DNA of 64,000 nucleotides from an uncultured Eubacteriales bacterium (GTDB lineage Bacteria; Acidobacteriota; Aminicenantia; Aminicenantales; Aminicenantaceae): NCBI GenBank assembly GCA_964348015.1, contig CAYGBC010000050.1, positions 261,001 to 325,000 of the forward strand, read 5' to 3'. Shown piece by piece: positions 56,230 to 64,000 of this stretch (position 1 is its first letter; each line of letters starts with the position of its first letter). The notes under the pieces were generated by a model. It saw only the letters and a program-made list of their open reading frames with translations, ran no database searches and was not told where the DNA came from. The position numbers and the translations under genes were made by a program.

Positions 56230-57486
56230 ATGGGAATGGACCGTAAAATCAAAAGGAAAAAATGGCCTCCCAAAAGGATCGCCACTTATGCGGCCGTGGG
56301 AATTTTCGTCATAGTTGTTCTCTATGTATTCTTGTTCAAAATGAGTAAATCCACGCTCAATGTCAGGGCGGAGAGGCTGACCATCTCCACTGTGTCCAGA
56401 GGGCCTTTTCAGGAGTATATTCCGATACCGGGAACCGTAGAGCCTATCTACACACATTATCTGGACCCTCTGGAGGGTGGAATAGTCGAGGAGATTTACG
56501 TAGAAGCTGGAGAAATGGTCGAAAAGGGAGATAAGATTCTCAAACTGGCGAACACCAACCTCATTATCGATATCATGTGGAGAGAAGCCGAACTGTTCCG
56601 GGCGAGCGATAACCTGCGGAGCACAAGGCTTTCGATGGAACAGTACCGTCTCCGATTGGCTCAGGAGTTGGCGGATATAGAGAGCCGGCTCCAGCAGCAG
56701 AAACGTATTTATGAGCGGTACAGAGAGCTTGTCAAGGATGATCTGATTTCCCAACACGAGTACGAGCTTGAAAAGGACCAGTATGATTATTTGGTCAAGT
56801 TGAAGAACTTGACCATAGAGAGCCAGGAAACTGACCTCAAGTTCCGCGAAGCCCAAATCGACGCTCTGGAAGATTCGTTAGGGCGGATGCAGTCCAACCT
56901 CAAAGTCCTCAAACAGAAGCAGGATAATCTGACTATCACAGCGCCCATTTCGGGTCAACTCACCTCATTCGATGCGGAAATCGGTGAATCTAAATCGCCA
57001 GGACAGCGCTTGGGGAGAATCGATATGCTTGAAGGATTCAAAGTCAGAGCCGGTATTGATGAACACTATATTGCCCGAATTGAGAGAGACCGAACAGGGG
57101 AGTATGAATTCGCAGGCCAGACGGGACAACTGGTAGTCAAGCAAATTTTTCCAGAAGTGCGGGACAACCGGTTCGAAGTGGAGATGGAATTTTTAGGCAA
57201 GCAACCGGAAGGGATAAGACGCGGGGTCACTCTCCACATCAAGCTGGAGTTGGGCGATGTCGCTGAGGCGACTCTTCTGCCCAGAGGAGGCTTCGAACAA
57301 ACAACAGGCGGAAACTGGGTGTATGTGCTGGATGAGTCTGGCAGCTTCGCCACGAAACGAACAATCAAAGTGAACAGATACAATCCCCAGAATTATGAAG
57401 TGATGGAGGGATTGGAACCGGGAGAAAGAGTGATCACCTCTTCCTACGAAAGCTTCGGCAACATGGAAAGGTTGATCCTTAAATAA
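56230..57486 (+). CDS. Efflux periplasmic adaptor (HlyD/MacA-like)
   Basis: MGMDRKIKRKKW N-terminus, anchor helix, EGGIVEEIYVEAG, ITAPISGQL and EVMEGLEPGERVITS. Confidence 0.92.
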   Translation: MGMDRKIKRKKWPPKRIATYAAVGIFVIVVLYVFLFKMSKSTLNVRAERLTISTVSRGPFQEYIPIPGTVEPIYTHYLDPLEGGIVEEIYVEAGEMVEKGDKILKLANTNLIIDIMWREAELFRASDNLRSTRLSMEQYRLRLAQELADIESRLQQQKRIYERYRELVKDDLISQHEYELEKDQYDYLVKLKNLTIESQETDLKFREAQIDALEDSLGRMQSNLKVLKQKQDNLTITAPISGQLTSFDAEIGESKSPGQRLGRIDMLEGFKVRAGIDEHYIARIERDRTGEYEFAGQTGQLVVKQIFPEVRDNRFEVEMEFLGKQPEGIRRGVTLHIKLELGDVAEATLLPRGGFEQTTGGNWVYVLDESGSFATKRTIKVNRYNPQNYEVMEGLEPGERVITSSYESFGNMERLILK

Positions 57487-57552
57487 AAGGCCTAATGAAT
57501 GAGATTCAGCTCTAAACCGAAATGAAAGCTTTAAAAATAAAGGAGGATTTCA

Positions 57553-58242
57553 ATGATAAAGACTAAAAATCTCAAAAAGCTTTACACCACGGAAGAAGTG
57601 GAAACCACTGCTTTGAACAACGTCAACCTCGAAGTCAAAGAAGGAGAATACGTTGCGGTTATGGGTCCCTCTGGATGCGGAAAATCGACTCTCTTGAATG
57701 TGCTCGGGATGATCGATAAAGCATCCAGCGGTGAATACTTTTTCCTCGGGGAAGATGTGACGGACTATTCCGAAAGACAGAGAGCCAACATTCGTAAGTC
57801 CAACATCGGATTCGTGTTCCAGAGCTTCAACCTTATCGATGAACTGACTGTATTCGAGAATGTCGAACTCCCTCTTCTTTATCTCGGTTATTCATCTTCC
57901 GAAAGAAAGAAAAGAGTCGGTGATGTACTCGAGCAGATGGAAATCATGGCCCGGAAGAACCACTTTCCTCAGCAGTTATCCGGCGGTCAACAGCAGCGTG
58001 TCGCTGTGGCCAGGGCGGTTGTCGCCAAACCCAAATTGATTCTTGCAGATGAGCCTACGGGTAACCTGGATTCCGCCCACGGCGAAGAGGTTATGAAATT
58101 ATTGGGCGAGCTGCATGAAGCGGGGACAACTATAGTCATGGTGACACATTCTCCTGCGTATGCCGAATACAGCCATCGCATCATTCATCTCTTTGACGGG
58201 CACATCGTCTCCGAAAACATCCAGAAAGAGTTCAAGATTTAG
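57553..58242 (+). CDS. ABC transporter ATP-binding protein
   Basis: [33 protein letters not shown] and VTH. Confidence 0.95.
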   Translation: MIKTKNLKKLYTTEEVETTALNNVNLEVKEGEYVAVMGPSGCGKSTLLNVLGMIDKASSGEYFFLGEDVTDYSERQRANIRKSNIGFVFQSFNLIDELTVFENVELPLLYLGYSSSERKKRVGDVLEQMEIMARKNHFPQQLSGGQQQRVAVARAVVAKPKLILADEPTGNLDSAHGEEVMKLLGELHEAGTTIVMVTHSPAYAEYSHRIIHLFDGHIVSENIQKEFKI

Positions 58243-58314
58243 CATTTGGTAGTCCATCGGGCAGTGGTTATGTTATTAGCTAGGAATTGCGTTAGAAAAT
58301 AAGGAGGAATAAAA

Positions 58315-58623
58315 ATGAGAGAAGTTGTCCTTCAGATACCTTCATTAGAGGCAGAACAAAACATCGATATTGATGTCAAAATCAACGGAAAGAAACGGAC
58401 GATGCATTACAGGGTAGAGATCATAGAGTGGGAAAGCTATGACGAAAAATCTCAAGATAAAGTTGAAGTGCTCAAAAAAGTCATAAAAGAGCATGATAAG
58501 GATTGGCAGCTGGTTCAGATCGGCATTCCGACGGATAAAAATATCCCGATCATGTTTCGAAAGAAAGTGGATAAGCCTCTGGAAGGACAGAAAAAAAGTG
58601 AATCATGCTTAGAAATTATTTAA
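58315..58623 (+). CDS. Hypothetical soluble protein in the exporter operon
   Basis: ORF with a strong AAGGAGG RBS and a protein-like composition. Confidence 0.75.
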   Translation: MREVVLQIPSLEAEQNIDIDVKINGKKRTMHYRVEIIEWESYDEKSQDKVEVLKKVIKEHDKDWQLVQIGIPTDKNIPIMFRKKVDKPLEGQKKSESCLEII

Positions 58624-58662
58624 TTTTTGAGTGTCGTATGTGTCAGCAGGAGAAAAATTAAA

Positions 58663-58731
58663 ATGAATAAGGCAATCATCGTGATAGTTTTGTTGATTCT
58701 CCTCTTTTTCTTTTTTCTCGGGTGTGTATGA
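58663..58731 (+). other. 22-aa hydrophobic micro-ORF ending in a lipobox-like LGC (small protein or truncated lipoprotein remnant)
   Basis: AGGAGA RBS, then MNKAIIVIVLLILLFFFFLGCV-stop. Confidence 0.4.
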
Positions 58732-58859
58732 AGATCGAATACTCGCCATGAGTGATACCATATCGTTCACTGGTTTTATTGAATGATATGAGATGAAAAG
58801 CTGGGGAAGGGATTATCCTGAATTGGAAGCTTTAAGCTGATTGTCAATTGGAGGAAAAT

Positions 58860-59078
58860 ATGCAGTTAAAGGATATTTTGAAAAAGTTAGTCGAGGATGA
58901 TGAGTTGGTCCTTTTGAGCGATAACGGTCAGGATTGGACGGCGGGAGAGCTTCTGAACAGCCTCTCAGAACCGCTGTTAAAAATTGAAGCGCATCTCCAG
59001 CCGGATATGTACATTGCAGAGATCAATGATCGCGGTTATCTCGGTCGTGTTCTCTACAAGATAAAAAATAAAAAATGA
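58860..59078 (+). CDS. Hypothetical protein
   Basis: 72-76 aa ORF. GGAGG lies before ATG 58860. Confidence 0.65.
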   Translation: MQLKDILKKLVEDDELVLLSDNGQDWTAGELLNSLSEPLLKIEAHLQPDMYIAEINDRGYLGRVLYKIKNKK

Positions 59079-59128
59079 CAAGGAAAAATAATCGGAATCT
59101 TTCTGTAATGTATATGAATTAAGCAAAT

Positions 59129-61489
59129 ATGTTTAAAAATTACCTGAATATCGCCCTCAGAAAAATCCGGAAACACAAAGGCTATTCTTTCATCAACATA
59201 GTCGGCCTGGCCATTGGAGTGGCGGCCTGCCTGTTGCTTTTTCTCTGGGTGCAGGATGAACTGAGTTATGACCGTTATCATCAGAATGTGGATCAGATTT
59301 ATAGGGTTGTATCCCAGTATGAATCGGAAGGTCGTGTCAGGCGTTCCGCGCGGACTCCCGCTCCGCTCGGGCCCGCACTGGAGAGGGAATTTCAAGATGT
59401 CGAAAAATCAGTCCGGTTCGGCAGAAATGGGTTTGTCGTCAGCTACCAGAATAAGCGCTTTGTGGAGAATGTGTATTTTGCGGACCCAGAGATTTTCGAT
59501 GTCTTTACTCTCCCTCTGATCAAGGGCAATCCAAAGACCGCCTTGAAGGAACCGTATTCTATCGTAATTTCCGAAAAAATGAGCCAAAAGTATTTTGGCG
59601 AAGATAACCCTTTAGGCAAGATTATTTCCTTGGGAGAGTGGCATGATTTCAGGGTATCAGGAGTTTTTCGGGAGATCCCGCAAAATTCTCATTTTCGATT
59701 CCTTTTCCTGGCTCTTTTTTCTGATTATGCCTCCTCACATTTTGACCAATGGGGGATATCCAATTATTGGACTTACATATTGGTCTCGGATAATTTTTCT
59801 GCTGACATTTTCGAGGAGAAAATACCTCAGTTTGTGCAGAAATATCGGGGCAAAGAATCATGGGCTGTGTACAGGTCAACATACCCGCTGCAGGCGTTAA
59901 AACGAATTCATCTCCACTCTCACTTGAGGGGAGAGATAGGGGCGAACAGCAGCATGGGAACCCTCTACATCTTTTCCGCTATTGCTGTGTTTATCCTTCT
60001 CATAGCCTGTCTGAATTATATCAATCTGTCTACCGCAAGATATGTCACCAGGACAAAAGAAGTCGGACTGAGGAAGGTCATCGGAGCGACAAGACCGCAG
60101 CTGATCAAACAGTTCTTAGGAGAGACATTCCTGCTGTCGTTCATCGCCTTACCTCTTTCGCTGATGCTTGCTGAATTGTTCCTCCCTCTATTCAATTCTC
60201 TCTCCGGAAAGATACTGTCCATTCACTATTTCGATAATATGCTTTTTTTACCCGGTTTAGCCGCAATAATCGTGTGTGTCGGTTTCGCTTCAGGGATATT
60301 CCCGGCTTTCTTCATTTCCGCTCTCAAACCGGTGACTGCACTCAGAGGGAGGCTCAGAGCCAATTCACGAGGTTCAGCACTCAGAAAGTCCCTGATCGTG
60401 AGTCAGTTTTCCATCTCTATCCTGTTTATCATAAGCACTCTCATCGTGTTCTCTCAGTTGAATCATATGAGAAACATGAATTTGGGTCTGGATAAAGAGC
60501 ATGTCGTGACCATTCCGATCTATGATAAGGATGCACTCGGAAAGCTGGATGCGATTAAAAATGAGTTCTTGCAGAATTCCAGTGTACTGAGTGTGTCTGT
60601 TTCTGACTTTTCGCCAGGGAAAAGCAATATGTACCAGAATTACAAGTATGAGGGCATGCGGGATGGCGAGAATCCCATGATCCGGTGGCTTGTCGTAGAT
60701 CACGATTTCATTCGGACTTTTGGGATCGAGTTAGTGGATGGTCGAGATTTTTCAAAACGCTTTCCGAGTGATGTGAATCGCGCTTATATTCTCAATCAAG
60801 CGGCTGTCAAAGAAATCGGATGGGAATCACCAGTCGGAAAAGAACTCGAGATAATCAATAGGGGACCCGTCATCGGAGTCGTGAAAGACTTTAACTTCAA
60901 ACCGCTCCATCAGAAGATCGAACCCGTCGCGCTCTACATTTACCCCAAATTGTATCAATACATTTCAGTCAGGATCAGCCCCGACAGTATTTCATCTGCA
61001 CTCACTTTTTTAAAAAACAAATGGCAGGAGCTCGTTCCGGGACAGGTATTTCAGTATTCTTTCCTGGATGAGGATTTTGACAATTTGTACAGAGCGGAGA
61101 TGCGATTGGGCAAGATTTTCACAGTGGTGACCTGTCTGGCTGTATTCATTGCCTGTTTAGGATTATTTGGACTCGCCGCATTCGAATCCGTGCAGAGGAC
61201 CAAAGAGATTGGTATCCGAAAAGTGCTCGGAGCGTCCGTTGCAGGAATTGTCCTTCTTCTTTCAAAAGATTTCTCAAAATGGGTTCTCCTGGCGAATATC
61301 GTTGCCTGGCCGGTGGCTTATTATGCGATGAACCGCTGGCTCCAGAATTTTGCCTACCGCATCAACATCGGACCCTGGGCGCTCATTCTGTCCGCTGCTT
61401 TAGCATTTGCGGTGGCTCTGCTGACAGTCAGTTACCAGGCCGTGAAAGCCGCTTTCACTGATCCAGTAGACACTTTAAGATATGAATAA
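59129..61489 (+). CDS. Duplicated-domain ABC permease (two MacB_PCD + FtsX repeats; ADOP/Bacteroidota-type)
   Basis: MFKNYLNIALR..YSFINIVGLAIG, LIACLNYINLSTAR..RTKEVGLRKVIGA, second repeat RTKEIGIRKVLGAS and DPVDTLRYE. Confidence 0.94.
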   Translation: MFKNYLNIALRKIRKHKGYSFINIVGLAIGVAACLLLFLWVQDELSYDRYHQNVDQIYRVVSQYESEGRVRRSARTPAPLGPALEREFQDVEKSVRFGRNGFVVSYQNKRFVENVYFADPEIFDVFTLPLIKGNPKTALKEPYSIVISEKMSQKYFGEDNPLGKIISLGEWHDFRVSGVFREIPQNSHFRFLFLALFSDYASSHFDQWGISNYWTYILVSDNFSADIFEEKIPQFVQKYRGKESWAVYRSTYPLQALKRIHLHSHLRGEIGANSSMGTLYIFSAIAVFILLIACLNYINLSTARYVTRTKEVGLRKVIGATRPQLIKQFLGETFLLSFIALPLSLMLAELFLPLFNSLSGKILSIHYFDNMLFLPGLAAIIVCVGFASGIFPAFFISALKPVTALRGRLRANSRGSALRKSLIVSQFSISILFIISTLIVFSQLNHMRNMNLGLDKEHVVTIPIYDKDALGKLDAIKNEFLQNSSVLSVSVSDFSPGKSNMYQNYKYEGMRDGENPMIRWLVVDHDFIRTFGIELVDGRDFSKRFPSDVNRAYILNQAAVKEIGWESPVGKELEIINRGPVIGVVKDFNFKPLHQKIEPVALYIYPKLYQYISVRISPDSISSALTFLKNKWQELVPGQVFQYSFLDEDFDNLYRAEMRLGKIFTVVTCLAVFIACLGLFGLAAFESVQRTKEIGIRKVLGASVAGIVLLLSKDFSKWVLLANIVAWPVAYYAMNRWLQNFAYRINIGPWALILSAALAFAVALLTVSYQAVKAAFTDPVDTLRYE

Positions 61490-61539
61490 ATGGAACGTTC
61501 CCCAAGGGAACAACATGAACAGAGGATTGGAGGAAGAAC

Positions 61540-62205
61540 ATGATTAAACTTGTAGACGTCACCAAATATTACTCAACCGGATTCGTGAAGACATTTGCAT
61601 TGCGGAATATCAGCCTTGAGTTCAAAGACGGAGAATTTGTGACTATCATGGGGCCCTCAGGTGCAGGTAAATCGACGCTTCTCTACATTCTCGGGATGCT
61701 GGATTCACCTTCGAGCGGTGAGTATTATTTTTACGAAAAAAAAGTCCATGCCCTGAACGAAAAACAGCTCACGGAACTGCATAAAAACCACATCGGTTTT
61801 GTTTTCCAGAGCTATCATCTCATCGATGATCTCACAGTCTATGAAAACCTGGAAACGCCTCTTCTGTACAAAAAAGTGAAGGGCGCGGAAAGAAAAAGCA
61901 AAGTGGCGGATATGCTGGATAGGTTTCACATCGTGGCCAAAAAAGACCTGTTTCCGAACCAGCTATCCGGCGGGCAACAGCAAAAAGTCGCGGTCGCGAG
62001 AGCCGTCATCACAGAGCCCAGACTCATCCTTGCGGATGAGCCAACCGGCAATCTGAACACTAAAGAAGGTGAGGAAATCATGGACCTGTTCAAAGAGCTG
62101 AACGAGCAGGGAACAACGATCCTTCAGGTGACTCACTCCGAGAAAAACGCCTCCTACGGCCGCAGGATTATCAACCTGCAAGACGGCTGGATCGTTGACG
62201 AATGA
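61540..62205 (+). CDS. ABC transporter ATP-binding protein (second in this operon)
   Basis: [32 protein letters not shown] and VTH. Confidence 0.95.
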   Translation: MIKLVDVTKYYSTGFVKTFALRNISLEFKDGEFVTIMGPSGAGKSTLLYILGMLDSPSSGEYYFYEKKVHALNEKQLTELHKNHIGFVFQSYHLIDDLTVYENLETPLLYKKVKGAERKSKVADMLDRFHIVAKKDLFPNQLSGGQQQKVAVARAVITEPRLILADEPTGNLNTKEGEEIMDLFKELNEQGTTILQVTHSEKNASYGRRIINLQDGWIVDE

Positions 62206-62319
62206 GTCAAAGACACACATGAAGCGTGACAGAGAAATATTTCTATCCCCCCACAGCTCGAGAATAAACAGAAAATGTTGAGAGACAACCTATAATGTGA
62301 AACATTATGGAGGTTTAAA

Positions 62320-63885
62320 ATGTTGAAATTTAAAAAAATTATGTTCTTGGTTTTTGTTTTTGCGCTTTTCACAGCCCTCCAGGCTCGGGGGGAACAAATC
62401 TCCCTTTCCCTCGAGGAATGTATCGTGAAGGCGATGAGGAATAACCTCAGAGTTGCGGTTGAGGTTTTGAATCCAGAAATAGCGGATATCTCTATTTCCC
62501 TGGCCAAGGAAAGGTTCATTCCAAATCTTTCGTTTGGGTACAACCGCCAGAATACAAACACACCTTCAATTTCCTTTATTGAAGGAGACGAAACTCTCAC
62601 CTCGAATTATTATGACTATTCCGCAAGAATCTCGCAGATCATCCCGACGGGGGGAAGTTTTTCGATCGCCCTTTTCTCCTACAAAATTGATTCGAACCAG
62701 AAATTCCAGACAATCAATCCCCGTTACGGAAGCACAGTTTCTTTTAATTTCGCCCAACCGCTCTTGAAAAATTTCGGGACCAGGATCAACCGGAACGAAA
62801 TCATCACCGCTCAGAACAACAAAGACATTTCGGATAACCAGTTCAAAACTATGCTTATGGATACGATTTATGAGGTGGAAAGCGCGTACTGGAACCTTGT
62901 TCACAGTATTGAAGACCTCAAAGCAAAAAAACAGTCTTTAGAATTAGCCCGTGATCTTCTCAAAAAGAATAAAAGAGAAGTGGAGGTGGGAACTCTGGCA
63001 CCTATCGAGATCTTGAGTGCCGAGTCAGAAGTGGCCACTCGAGAAGCCGACATCCTCCAAGCAGAAGCCATGATCAAGAATAATGAAGACCAGTTGAAAA
63101 CTGTCATCAACCTGGCTGCAGAAGGGAAAGTCTCAGACATCGAAATCATTCCTGTGGGCCAACCTGACTTCAAACTGAGAGAAGTGAGTTTCGAGGAAGC
63201 CTTGGCGACAGCTTTGGCGACTCGACCGGATTTACGGGCAATCGAGATCGATATAAAAAATAAAGAAATTAACCTGAGTTATGCCAAGAATCAGCTTTTA
63301 CCGGAACTGAACTTCAGCGCATCCTACTGGAGTCCGGGCGTATCCGGAGACCAAATTATTTACGACCCTTTGGATCCTTTCGGACCTCCAGTTATGGTGA
63401 TTCCGGGGGGGGCATCTGCGGCTCTCAAGGATGCCTTGGGATTGAAATTCACGAATTGGTCTGCGGGCCTCGTCCTCAACATACCTTTAAATTCCTTTTT
63501 CTCGCGTGCCCAGCATGCTCAAGCTAAGGTCGATCTCAAGCAAACGTCGTTAATACTTAAAGAACAGGAACAGCAGGTGATATTGGAAATCAGGAATGCG
63601 GTGAGAACAGTGCAGACCAATTACAAGAGAGTGCAGGCGTACAGAGCTGCCCGTGAGCTGGCGGAAAGAAAATTGGAGGCGGAAGAGAAGAAACTGAAAG
63701 TCGGTTTGACAACCAATTATGTTGTACTCCAGTACCAGAGAGACCTTGCGGATGCCAGGAGTTTGGAACTCAGGGCCATGATCGATTATGTTCTTTCTTC
63801 CGCTGAGCTGGACAGAGCGATGGGCACAAGCTTGAAGAAAAAGAACATCCAGCTGTCCATTTATGACGTGAAGAATTCTGATTAA
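62320..63885 (+). CDS. TolC-family outer-membrane efflux protein
   Basis: Signal peptide, LSLEECIVKAMRNN, QPLLKNFG, VESAYWNL, RPDL, LLPELN and AEEKKLKVGLTT..VLQYQRDL. Confidence 0.93.
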   Translation: MLKFKKIMFLVFVFALFTALQARGEQISLSLEECIVKAMRNNLRVAVEVLNPEIADISISLAKERFIPNLSFGYNRQNTNTPSISFIEGDETLTSNYYDYSARISQIIPTGGSFSIALFSYKIDSNQKFQTINPRYGSTVSFNFAQPLLKNFGTRINRNEIITAQNNKDISDNQFKTMLMDTIYEVESAYWNLVHSIEDLKAKKQSLELARDLLKKNKREVEVGTLAPIEILSAESEVATREADILQAEAMIKNNEDQLKTVINLAAEGKVSDIEIIPVGQPDFKLREVSFEEALATALATRPDLRAIEIDIKNKEINLSYAKNQLLPELNFSASYWSPGVSGDQIIYDPLDPFGPPVMVIPGGASAALKDALGLKFTNWSAGLVLNIPLNSFFSRAQHAQAKVDLKQTSLILKEQEQQVILEIRNAVRTVQTNYKRVQAYRAARELAERKLEAEEKKLKVGLTTNYVVLQYQRDLADARSLELRAMIDYVLSSAELDRAMGTSLKKKNIQLSIYDVKNSD

Positions 63886-64000
63886 TAAAACAGATGGGGA
63901 TTGGTCTCAATTTTCCATATTTGCCAAAAAAATAGTTGAGGAGAGCGAAGACAGACCCAACTGGGATCCCGACCTTGAGGCCTGAATCTGGTGATTTTGC

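Overview
Bacterial, Gram-negative-type chromosomal window (BamD, TolC and a sigma-54 system are present). The gene style is reminiscent of Candidatus Aminicenantes/Acidobacteriota, which is inference only. I found no rRNA, tRNA, CRISPR array or transposase. Left to right: (1) MinD-like ATPase, J/HTH protein and PilZ protein; (2) minus-strand housekeeping run PASTA-rpe-epimerase-bamD-OM barrel-S8 lipoprotease-recN-C_GCAxxG_C_C-miaB; (3) threonine aldolase; (4) minus-strand respiratory cluster: heptaheme cytochrome, 4x[4Fe-4S] protein, NrfD, a Tat-exported molybdopterin-fold subunit apparently lacking its Mo ligand, a beta-propeller, a hexaheme cytochrome and a NarI-HdrD-like fusion; (5) lpdA and nuoA-I (no nuoJ-N) followed by an MBL hydrolase; (6) stand-alone LigD phosphoesterase and a small DUF3330-like ORF missed by the ORF track; (7) MacAB-like ABC exporter 1, cupin and Fe-S PD-(D/E)XK nuclease; (8) the standout, an ~11 kb operon (40.2-51.4 kb) of seven signal-peptide proteins, six of them paralogues of one family I cannot name, built as a modular series with variable amphipathic loops and an inserted TPR module; I propose it as a candidate secreted hetero-oligomeric pore-forming or surface-polymer system; (9) small membrane genes, DUF3795, and a sigma-54 two-component pair divergent from a MacAB-TolC-like exporter with a near-consensus -24/-12 promoter and candidate enhancer sites.
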